DNA of 64,000 bases. Source: a virus. Shown here one piece after another: positions 10,439 to 18,411 of the stretch. The notes below the pieces were generated by a model that was given only the letters and a program-made list of their open reading frames with translations, was not told the DNA's origin and searched no databases. The stretch spans positions 1 to 64,000 of IMG/VR virus record IMGVR_UViG_3300037502_002729. The stretch is one strand, 5' to 3'. The position numbers and the translations under genes were made by a program. How positions within the stretch are numbered: position 1 is the stretch's first letter; the number at the start of each line of letters is the position of its first letter.

Positions 10439-11486
10439 TAAGTTCTAATTTAGACAATAAAGAATATTCATCTGGTTTTACTATATTCCATATTATATCC
10501 TCATATCTTTTTTTATCCCAAAATGCAAACAACAAAGATTTATTTTTTGGGTCTAAATCCTTTATTAATAAAGCAAAATCTTTTTTGGAATTTATTTCAT
10601 TTTCATTTAACAAGTTCTCATAAAAATCTAATGCAGTATCATATACAACATTATAGTTTATTTTCAAGAAGTCAACAAAATCCCTAACATTATTGTCCAT
10701 TTCATCTGGTATAGCATCCAATAATAAAGATAAATCTTCACCATTTTTCAAAGATAACCATATATCCATATTAGATATATTAGTTAATATTTTGTGAAGT
10801 CTAACATACTGTTCACCCTTTATCTTAACCCTCATTCCATTTTTGAAGCGTAACACATACCCCTCTTTGTTGTCCTCTATACCCCTCTTTAAGTCTGCAA
10901 AATTATTTGGTAAATTATTATAGCAATTAACAACATCAAAATTTGCTTTGTAATATTCAGTTTGAACATCACCTTCTTCACCAGTTATAACATTGTATTT
11001 TGCTAATAAAACTAATTTCTCTTCATTGTAGCGTACAACTATAACATTTTCAGGATATAATATTTCAAATAAGTAAGTGTAATTTACATTCAACAAGGAT
11101 AAGTCATATCTATTCAATATTTCCAAACCTTTTATAGCCTGGTCAGAGTTAAAGGAACCCCTAGTTGCCATATTCCACTTGTTGTCATAGAAATATACTA
11201 TACCCAAAGATCCATCCATTTTCTCATAGATGTTGAAATCTTCATTTGGTAATTCATCAGCAGAGTGTTCCTCAAAATTTTTAAATTTTGGGAAACTTTT
11301 AGCAACTAAATTACCATCTTCATCCAATATAGTTCCTCTAAAATTTATGGTAACATTATCCCACAAATTACCATACTGAACAGTTCTAGTATAGTTGTAT
11401 ATATACAATGGGTATATTTTGTGTTTTGCTCTCATTAACAAACCATCCTCAACATACTTGTTCAAAACATCTAAATCATATCTCAT
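10428..11486 (-). CDS. T4 Rnl1-like RNA ligase
   Basis: Nucleotidyltransferase motif I EKMDGS, ATRGSF, FEIL, EGYV, RVKIK. Confidence 0.88.
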   Translation of the reverse strand: MRYDLDVLNKYVEDGLLMRAKHKIYPLYIYNYTRTVQYGNLWDNVTINFRGTILDEDGNLVAKSFPKFKNFEEHSADELPNEDFNIYEKMDGSLGIVYFYDNKWNMATRGSFNSDQAIKGLEILNRYDLSLLNVNYTYLFEILYPENVIVVRYNEEKLVLLAKYNVITGEEGDVQTEYYKANFDVVNCYNNLPNNFADLKRGIEDNKEGYVLRFKNGMRVKIKGEQYVRLHKILTNISNMDIWLSLKNGEDLSLLLDAIPDEMDNNVRDFVDFLKINYNVVYDTALDFYENLLNENEINSKKDFALLIKDLDPKNKSLLFAFWDKKRYEDIIWNIVKPDEYSLLSKLELNEP

Positions 11487-11518
11487 AGTTGTGGTTTTAT
11501 TTGGTGATTAAGTTTAAG

Positions 11519-11549
11519 CAAAGATACAGACTATTTTTCTACTTTCAAA
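11519..11549 (-). promoter_or_regulatory. Bacteroidota-type sigma promoter for the RNA ligase operon
   Basis: TTTG-N19-TATCTTTG. Confidence 0.75.
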
Positions 11550-11647
11550 CTTTTTTCTTTAGTTTCTTTTATCTTGATTTCATCAGGTAAGTTTATCTTT
11601 ATTTTACCTTTCAAAGCATCAGGAATTTTAATGTTATTGATATCCAT
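11531..11647 (-). CDS. small protein (38 aa), paralog of 12794..12919
   Basis: MDINNIKIPDALKGKIKINLPDEIKIKETKEKSLKVEK; TATCTTTG at 11660-11667. Confidence 0.55.
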   Translation of the reverse strand: MDINNIKIPDALKGKIKINLPDEIKIKETKEKSLKVEK

Positions 11648-11678
11648 ATTTTTTTTTGACAAAGATATAATTTATTTT

Positions 11679-12797
11679 TTATGATTCATAATTATCTGGC
11701 ACATCTTCATATAATTTAGCAATTTTTTTCTTCATTTTAATTGCTGTAGCATTCATATCTTTTATTATTGCTCTATATGTTTTTTCTGTATCTATAACCT
11801 GATTTGAAGCGTATTTAATAAATAAATGATTTTTTAAAAAACTCTTAAACTTGCTTAAATAAGCATTTTTTATAGATATATCCCCTTTTGAGATAGGAAT
11901 CATTGTTTTTAAGTAATCTTTACCACTAGCAATCATTTTTCTTATGGTTTTACTTAATTCATTTGATATAAGTTTATCTTTAGATTTACTAAATTTTTCA
12001 GGGGATACTTTTGTTGCTAACTCTTCCCCCAAATCATTGTATAATTTTTCATATGTTATATTTTGACAAATATCAAACTTTTTATACATTTTAGAATTAT
12101 AATAAATTTCCTTGAAATCTTTTTTTGTTACATTCTCATTATCCAATTTTGTTTTTAACTCAGAAGGCCTAACAAGATTTTCAAGTGATGAAAGGTAATA
12201 TAGATTAAAGAAAAAATCAATTAATGTTTGACTATCAGTAAAATTTCTTGCCTGTGAAACTACTTGATACTTTGCATTTAATGCTATATCCTTTTCACCT
12301 TTTAATTGGTTATCAATAAAATGCTTAAGTTCATGTCCAAATGAATCTAAAAATCTAGCGTAATTATCTTTTAATATTATGTGTATCTTTTCATAAACTT
12401 CTTGTATATCTCTACTTGCTAAAAAATTAATAGTAATAGTTGGGTTTTCACTCTTGAGAATTTTTAAATTATAATTTTTTGTTAGGTTATTGTCTATGTC
12501 AAACCGCATACCTAAACTACTCAACAGTAATTCGTCACTTTTTTCTTTAATATCAGGGTTAGCCTTTACAATTGCCTTAATTTGTTGGCTAGTATAAAAT
12601 TTTAAATTTATAAGAACATTTACATCATTAATTTGAAGAGTCTTATCATTTTTAAAAAAAGTCCCTGGTATATTTATAATTGTGGATTTATTAAAATTAG
12701 GGCTTTTTAGGTCTTCTAAAAATTTATCTAATATTTTTTTTGCATAAATAGTAAGCCCCTCTGGAACTCCCCTAGCCTCATTCATTTGTTTTCTCAT
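11679..12797 (-). CDS. HExxH protein, paralog of 12954..14120
   Basis: MRKQMNEARGVPE, FGHELKH, ENLVRPSE. Confidence 0.65.
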   Translation of the reverse strand: MRKQMNEARGVPEGLTIYAKKILDKFLEDLKSPNFNKSTIINIPGTFFKNDKTLQINDVNVLINLKFYTSQQIKAIVKANPDIKEKSDELLLSSLGMRFDIDNNLTKNYNLKILKSENPTITINFLASRDIQEVYEKIHIILKDNYARFLDSFGHELKHFIDNQLKGEKDIALNAKYQVVSQARNFTDSQTLIDFFFNLYYLSSLENLVRPSELKTKLDNENVTKKDFKEIYYNSKMYKKFDICQNITYEKLYNDLGEELATKVSPEKFSKSKDKLISNELSKTIRKMIASGKDYLKTMIPISKGDISIKNAYLSKFKSFLKNHLFIKYASNQVIDTEKTYRAIIKDMNATAIKMKKKIAKLYEDVPDNYES

Positions 12798-12919
12798 GAT
12801 TTGGTTATTTCTACTTTCAAACTTTTTTCTTTATTTTCTCTTATCTTTATTTGTTCAGGTAAGTTTATCTTTACTTTACCTTTCAAATCATCTGGTATTC
12901 TAATGTTGACTATATACAT
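12794..12919 (-). CDS. small protein (41 aa), paralog of 11531..11647
   Basis: MYIVNIRIPDDLKGKVKINLPEQIKIRENKEKSLKVEITKS; ATGA overlap with the next gene. Confidence 0.55.
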   Translation of the reverse strand: MYIVNIRIPDDLKGKVKINLPEQIKIRENKEKSLKVEITKS

Positions 12920-12953
12920 ATCTTTTTTTTTTTACAAAAATACAATTTATTTT

Positions 12954-14120
12954 TTAATTCTCATACTCATTTGGTATATCTTCATATATTTTTGCAAGTT
13001 TTTTCTTCATTTTAGTTGCTGTAATATTCATATCTTTTATTATTGCTCTATATGTTTTTTCTGTATCTATATCTATACTTGGTATATTATTAATAATAAC
13101 TGATTTATATTTAACAAATAAATGATTTTTTAAAAATGATTTAAATTTTTTTGAAAATACTTCAAATGTTTCATCTAAAGATGAATTAGGCATCTTTTGT
13201 ATAATAACCTTTCTTATAAAGTCTTTACCAGTATATATCATTTTACTAAGGGTTTGTTTTAAAACTTTTGATATTATATCATCTTTAGTGTAATCATTAT
13301 ATGATTGAGGATCTAATTCTTGTTTTAACTCTACATCCAAATTATTATATAATTGTTCATATTTTGTATTTTCACATATATTAAATGTTTTATATATTTC
13401 TGAATCATAGTAACTTTGTAAAAATTGTTTTTTTGTTATTTTTTTAGATTCTAAAAATGTTATTAATTCGCTAGGTCTAACAATATTTTCAGTAGAGATA
13501 AGATAATACAAGTTGAAAACAAACTCATTTAATGTCTCAGTATCTGTAACTGCTCTTGAATTTGCAACAGTTAAATATTTTGCTCTTAATGCTAAATCAT
13601 CTTCTCCTTTTGCTTCCATATTAATGTAGTGCATAATTTCATGCCCAAATTTACTTAAAACTTCATTATAATTGTTTTTTAAAAATTCATATACATTATA
13701 CCCTATATTATCCAAATCATCACTTGCTAACAAATTAATTTGTAGGGTTGGAGTTGAAGTTCTATTAATTTTTAAATTATTATCTTTTGTTAGTTCATCA
13801 TCTACTTCAAAACCCATAGAAAATGAGGTCAACAATAATTCATCAGTTTTTAGTGTAACATTAGGATTTTGATTTACTATGTTTTCTATATCAGAACTAG
13901 ATTGAAAATCAAAATTTATATTAATTAGAACTCTATCAATTTCAACTAGTTTTTTATCTTTTAAGAATTTATATGGTGCATCTATATATCCACTAAGTGA
14001 ATCAAACATCATAAAAAAATTATTGTTTTTTAATTTTGATAATACTTTATCAAATACAATTTTTGAATATTTGCTGATGTTTTCTGGCACACCCCTAGCC
14101 TCATTCATTTGTTTTTTCAT
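12954..14120 (-). CDS. HExxH protein, paralog of 11679..12797
   Basis: MKKQMNEARGVPE, FGHEIMH, ENIVRPSE. Confidence 0.65.
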   Translation of the reverse strand: MKKQMNEARGVPENISKYSKIVFDKVLSKLKNNNFFMMFDSLSGYIDAPYKFLKDKKLVEIDRVLININFDFQSSSDIENIVNQNPNVTLKTDELLLTSFSMGFEVDDELTKDNNLKINRTSTPTLQINLLASDDLDNIGYNVYEFLKNNYNEVLSKFGHEIMHYINMEAKGEDDLALRAKYLTVANSRAVTDTETLNEFVFNLYYLISTENIVRPSELITFLESKKITKKQFLQSYYDSEIYKTFNICENTKYEQLYNNLDVELKQELDPQSYNDYTKDDIISKVLKQTLSKMIYTGKDFIRKVIIQKMPNSSLDETFEVFSKKFKSFLKNHLFVKYKSVIINNIPSIDIDTEKTYRAIIKDMNITATKMKKKLAKIYEDIPNEYEN

Positions 14121-14392
14121 AATTCAGTTATTTCTACAATTAGGGGTTCATCACCCTTAATAACTCTATGCCACAACCCTTTTGGTATGGATATAGTGTC
14201 ATTATTTTTTAGTTTAATAGGTAAAGCATCCCAGCTTTGGTATTTCCATCCTCCACCCTGGATTATCTTAACCTCTCTATTTGTTCTATCTCTATGCCAA
14301 TGTAATTCTTCAATATCAACAAATTGACTAAACTCTCTAATCAATTTTCCTTCTTTATTTTCTTGTTTGAATGGTAATGTTTCTTTTTCCAT
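14117..14392 (-). CDS. cupin-domain protein
   Basis: HWHRD...EV and IPKGLWHRV cupin motifs. Confidence 0.7.
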   Translation of the reverse strand: MEKETLPFKQENKEGKLIREFSQFVDIEELHWHRDRTNREVKIIQGGGWKYQSWDALPIKLKNNDTISIPKGLWHRVIKGDEPLIVEITEL

Positions 14393-14796
14393 TATCTATG
14401 TATTATTCCATTTATAAATCCAGGTTTAACCATATCTTGTAATTCTTCATCTGAATATTTTACTAATGCTGTATGTCTAATATACAAACTACTACCAAGT
14501 TCTAGTCCTTTTGGCAAGGAGGTTATTTTTGTATCTCTTATATCCAAAAAACGCCCAACTTCTAATCCTTTTGGTAATGAGGTTATTTTTGAACCAAAAA
14601 TATCCAAATCACGCCCAACTTTCAATCCTTCTGGTAATGATTCTATATTTGATCGAACCAAACTCAAATCACCTTCAACATTTAATTCTTCTTTTGTTAA
14701 TGGTAGATTATTTTCATGTTTCCATATAAATGGTGGATTTTTATTTTCCTTATCTTCAAGGAACTCAAATATCCTTTTTAGTACTTCTTTTTTCAT
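14392..14796 (-). CDS. 20-aa leucine-rich-repeat protein (3 LP repeats)
   Basis: N-cap MKKEVLKRIFEFLE, LPxGLxVGxxLxI repeats, C-cap KPGFING. Confidence 0.85.
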   Translation of the reverse strand: MKKEVLKRIFEFLEDKENKNPPFIWKHENNLPLTKEELNVEGDLSLVRSNIESLPEGLKVGRDLDIFGSKITSLPKGLEVGRFLDIRDTKITSLPKGLELGSSLYIRHTALVKYSDEELQDMVKPGFINGIIHR

Positions 14797-15266
14797 TCTG
14801 CATTAATTCTTCCTTTTATAAATCCAGGTTTAATCATTTTTCTTAGTTCATCATCATCATAATCTTCACCTAATGTTATACCTGTTAATTCCAAATTACC
14901 CCCAACTTTCAATCCTTTTGGTAAGGTTTTTATATTGGCACAACCATCTAATATTAAATCACCCCCAACTTCCAATCCTTTGGGTAAAAACTCTATATCT
15001 GATTCAGTTAAATCCAAATGACCACCAACTTTCAATCCTTTTGGTAATGACCTTATATATGTGTAGGATAAATCCAAATCACCACTAATTTTTAATCCTT
15101 CTGGTAAAGATTCTATTTCTGATTGTGAAAAATCCAAATCACCTTTAACATTTAAATCATCTTCTGTTAATGGCATATCATTTTTAAATTTCCATAAGAA
15201 TGGTATTCTCTGTTCTCCTTTTTCTTCAAGGAATTCAAATATTCTTGTTAATGCTTCTTTTTTCAT
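14793..15266 (-). CDS. 20-aa leucine-rich-repeat protein (4 repeats)
   Basis: Same caps and repeat consensus. Confidence 0.85.
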   Translation of the reverse strand: MKKEALTRIFEFLEEKGEQRIPFLWKFKNDMPLTEDDLNVKGDLDFSQSEIESLPEGLKISGDLDLSYTYIRSLPKGLKVGGHLDLTESDIEFLPKGLEVGGDLILDGCANIKTLPKGLKVGGNLELTGITLGEDYDDDELRKMIKPGFIKGRINAE

Positions 15267-15928
15267 TTTCTAATTATTCTTCCTTTTATAAAACCAGAAC
15301 CAATCATTTTTTTTAATTCATCATCTGTGTATTTGGTTAAAGTTGTCCAACTTATAAATAAATCATCACCAACTTCCAATCCTTTTGGTAAGGAAGTTAT
15401 TTTAGAACCGGATAAACTGAACCATTTCCCAACTTTTAATCCTTCTGGTAATGAGGTTATATCATTACAATTATTCAAATTCAAAGTTCCACCAACTTTC
15501 AATCCTTTTGGTAATGTTTGTATTGGCGAAAAAGCTAACCCTAAATTACCATCAACTTTCAATTCATCTGGTAATGAAGTTATGTTTGAATATGATAAAT
15601 TTAAATAACCACCAACTTTCAATCCATCTGGTAATGAGGTTATGTTTAAAAATGATAAATCCAAATCACCACCAACTTTCAATCCTTTTGGTAAAGAGGT
15701 TATATTTGTATCACTTAAATCCAAATTACCTTCAATATTTAATTCTTCATCTGTTAATGGTATATTATTTTTATGCTTCCAAAATAATGGACCCCTATGT
15801 TCTCCTTTTTCTTCAAGGAATTCAAATATTCTTGTTAATGCTTCTTTTTTCATTTTCTAATTATTCTTCCTTTTATAAAACCAGAACCAATCATTTTTTT
15901 TAATTCATCATCTGTGTATTTGGTTAAA
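15211..15928. repeat. ~131-bp direct repeat (15211-15341 and 15798-15928) spanning LRR gene junctions
   Basis: Apparently identical copies 587 bp apart, covering the C-cap of one gene and the N-cap of the next. Confidence 0.85.
15263..15853 (-). CDS. 20-aa leucine-rich-repeat protein (6 repeats)
   Basis: Same caps and repeat consensus. Confidence 0.85.
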   Translation of the reverse strand: MKKEALTRIFEFLEEKGEHRGPLFWKHKNNIPLTDEELNIEGNLDLSDTNITSLPKGLKVGGDLDLSFLNITSLPDGLKVGGYLNLSYSNITSLPDELKVDGNLGLAFSPIQTLPKGLKVGGTLNLNNCNDITSLPEGLKVGKWFSLSGSKITSLPKGLEVGDDLFISWTTLTKYTDDELKKMIGSGFIKGRIIRK

Positions 15929-16620
15929 TTTGCCCGAATTATAAATAAATCACCCCCAACTTTCAATCCTTTTGGTAATGAAGTTAATTTTTTGCAATCA
16001 TTTAAAGCTAAAATCTCACCAACTTCCAAGCCTTTTGGTAATGAACCTATAGTGGTATCTCTTAAATCCAACCGACCCCCAACTTTAAATCCTTCTGGTA
16101 AGGATCTTATTTTTGAACCCAACAACTTAATATCACCTCCAACTTTTAATCCTTTTGGTAATGTGGTTATATTTGAAAAACTTAAAGTCAAATTGCCCTT
16201 GACTTCCAAATCATTTGGTAATCGTGTTATTTCTGAATGTAAAAAGTTTAAATTACCTCCAACTTTCAATCCTTCTGATAAAGATTTTATTTTTGAATCT
16301 GATAAATCCAAGTTGCCCCCAATATCCAATCCTTTTGGTAATGAAGTTATGAGTGTATCAACTAAAATCAAATTACCCCTAACTATCAATCCTTCTGGCA
16401 ATGAAGTTATGTCTGAACTTAGTAAATCCAAATCACCCCCAACTTTCAAGCCTTGTGGTAATGAGGTTATGTTAGTATATGATAAATCCAAATCACCTTC
16501 AACATTTAAGTCTTCTTCTATTAATGGTATATTATTTAACAATTTAAATTTAAGTGGTATCCTATGTTCTCCCTTCCGTTCAAGGAAATCAAATATTCTT
16601 TTTATTGTTTCTTCTTTCAT
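15850..16620 (-). CDS. 20-aa leucine-rich-repeat protein (9 repeats)
   Basis: Same caps and repeat consensus. Confidence 0.85.
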   Translation of the reverse strand: MKEETIKRIFDFLERKGEHRIPLKFKLLNNIPLIEEDLNVEGDLDLSYTNITSLPQGLKVGGDLDLLSSDITSLPEGLIVRGNLILVDTLITSLPKGLDIGGNLDLSDSKIKSLSEGLKVGGNLNFLHSEITRLPNDLEVKGNLTLSFSNITTLPKGLKVGGDIKLLGSKIRSLPEGFKVGGRLDLRDTTIGSLPKGLEVGEILALNDCKKLTSLPKGLKVGGDLFIIRANLTKYTDDELKKMIGSGFIKGRIIRK

Positions 16621-17084
16621 TCTCTATCTATTTTTCCTTTTATAAACCCAGGCTTAATCATTTCTCTTAATTCTTCATCTGAATATTTTGTTAAATATGT
16701 ACCCCCAATAAACAACCAACCACCAACTTTTAATCCTTTGGGTAATAATTTTATATTTGTTCCTCTAAAATCCAACCAATCTCCAACTTTCAATCCTTCT
16801 GGTAATGATTTTATATTTGTTTCTCTTAAATCCAACCAACCTCCAACTTCCAAGCCTTCTGGTAATGATTTCATATGTGAATCTTGCAAATCCAAACATC
16901 CTCTAACTTGTAACCCTTTTGGTAATGAGGCTATATCTAAATATGATAAGTCCAAATCACCTTTAACAATTAATTCTTCTTTTGTTAATGGTATATTATT
17001 AAATAATTTCCACAAGAATGGTACTTTGTGCCCTTCCTTTTCTTCAAGAAAATCAAATATTTTTTTTAGTGCTTCTTTTTCCAT
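16617..17084 (-). CDS. 20-aa leucine-rich-repeat protein (4 repeats)
   Basis: MEKEALKKIFDFLEEK start overlaps the upstream TAA. Confidence 0.85.
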   Translation of the reverse strand: MEKEALKKIFDFLEEKEGHKVPFLWKLFNNIPLTKEELIVKGDLDLSYLDIASLPKGLQVRGCLDLQDSHMKSLPEGLEVGGWLDLRETNIKSLPEGLKVGDWLDFRGTNIKLLPKGLKVGGWLFIGGTYLTKYSDEELREMIKPGFIKGKIDRE

Positions 17085-17704
17085 TACCAACTATTTGAAG
17101 ATTTCAATCCAAGTTGTTTGGAATATCTTCCCACATTACATGACCAGTATCCTGCTGTGGTTCTATCTTTCTTTTGGTCACACTTATGTCTTGCTCTAAA
17201 TGATTTGGCTGCACCTTTGTTTTTATTTCTCACCTTTAAATTTGGATCACCAAATGTAACCTTTTTAACACCCCCACCTGGGGTTTTAACATAAACTGCA
17301 AATTTCTTTGGTCCACCAGGAGTTCTAAATGGTCTTCCCAAATTAACTTTCTTGCCCCTATGTTCAGCCTCATTTAAGAAATCAAAATCATCACTTTCAA
17401 GTACAGGTGCATCAAGATAAACCATTTCACCTTCAAATAATGCAACTTTGCCAGTATCTGACATTACCATTTGTTCATCTTCTTCATTTAGTTGGATTAA
17501 ATCTCTCATCCATAAATCTCTAACTTCATTAATCAAGTCAAAGTATTTTTTGGAATAAACCATAAAAACATTATTAGTTAATGTTAAGTTTTCATCAATG
17601 TGATATTGTAGTTCTTCTGATACTTTCACATTTTCTTTAATAACCAAAGTTCTATTAGAGAACTTCTCTAAATTCTCTTTAATTAATTTTGTAATATTAT
17701 CCAT
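17084..17704 (-). CDS. conserved phage protein with basic C-terminal domain
   Basis: KKFAVYV, VTFGDP, SFRARHKC, AGYWSC motif typical of large T4-like phages; TATTTAT upstream. Confidence 0.65.
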   Translation of the reverse strand: MDNITKLIKENLEKFSNRTLVIKENVKVSEELQYHIDENLTLTNNVFMVYSKKYFDLINEVRDLWMRDLIQLNEEDEQMVMSDTGKVALFEGEMVYLDAPVLESDDFDFLNEAEHRGKKVNLGRPFRTPGGPKKFAVYVKTPGGGVKKVTFGDPNLKVRNKNKGAAKSFRARHKCDQKKDRTTAGYWSCNVGRYSKQLGLKSSNSW

Positions 17705-17780
17705 ATTTGTTATAATTTATACTAATAAATATAGTATTTATATAATTATAACTATTATATAACAAAAATATAAAAATATT

Positions 17781-18407
17781 ATGGATCAGTCAAGTGCCAA
17801 GCAAAAATTAATGGGAATTATTCCAGAATCAATCATAAATCAGATTGATTTAATCTATGAAAAGTATGATATAAACACACAATTAAGGTTAGCACATTTC
17901 TTAGCACAATGCGCTCATGAATCAGGAAATTTTATTGCTGTACAAGAGAATTTAAACTATTCTGCAAAAAGATTACAAGAGGTTTTTGGTAAGTATTTTA
18001 CAACAAAGGAGAAAGCATTATTGTATGAGAGAAAACCATCTAAGATTGCAAGTCTTGTTTATGCAAATAGAATGGGAAATGGTGATGAAGATAGCATTGA
18101 AGGGTATAAATATAGAGGTAGGGGTTACATACAATTGACTGGTAAAAATAATTACTTATTATTTAATAAATCATTAAATGAGGCAGGTATGGATGTTGAT
18201 ATAATTGGCAATCCAGATTTAGTTGCAACAACATATCCATTGGCATCTGCTGGTTGGTTTTTTGATAAAAACAAATTGAATGAGATTGCAGATCTTGGTG
18301 CAACAAGAGATATTATTACAAGAATTACAAAAAGAGTAAATGGTGGAACACACGGGTTAGATTCAAGGATTTCCTATTTCAATAAATTTTATAAAAAACT
18401 AAATTAA
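17781..18407 (+). CDS. glycoside hydrolase family 19 endolysin
   Basis: AHFLAQCAHES, ENLNYS, YRGRGYIQLTGKNNY, ITKRVNGG. Confidence 0.92.
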   Translation: MDQSSAKQKLMGIIPESIINQIDLIYEKYDINTQLRLAHFLAQCAHESGNFIAVQENLNYSAKRLQEVFGKYFTTKEKALLYERKPSKIASLVYANRMGNGDEDSIEGYKYRGRGYIQLTGKNNYLLFNKSLNEAGMDVDIIGNPDLVATTYPLASAGWFFDKNKLNEIADLGATRDIITRITKRVNGGTHGLDSRISYFNKFYKKLN

Positions 18408-18411
18408 AAAA

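Noticed and set aside
14392-17084. Diversity-generating retroelement behind the LRR variation
   Set aside because: No reverse transcriptase in the window and no template/variable repeat pair differing only at adenines was seen; cannot be excluded elsewhere in the genome
15327-17199. Long plus-strand ORFs opposite the LRR genes
   Set aside because: Antisense shadows of repetitive coding sequence; the same applies to most short overlapping ORFs in the track
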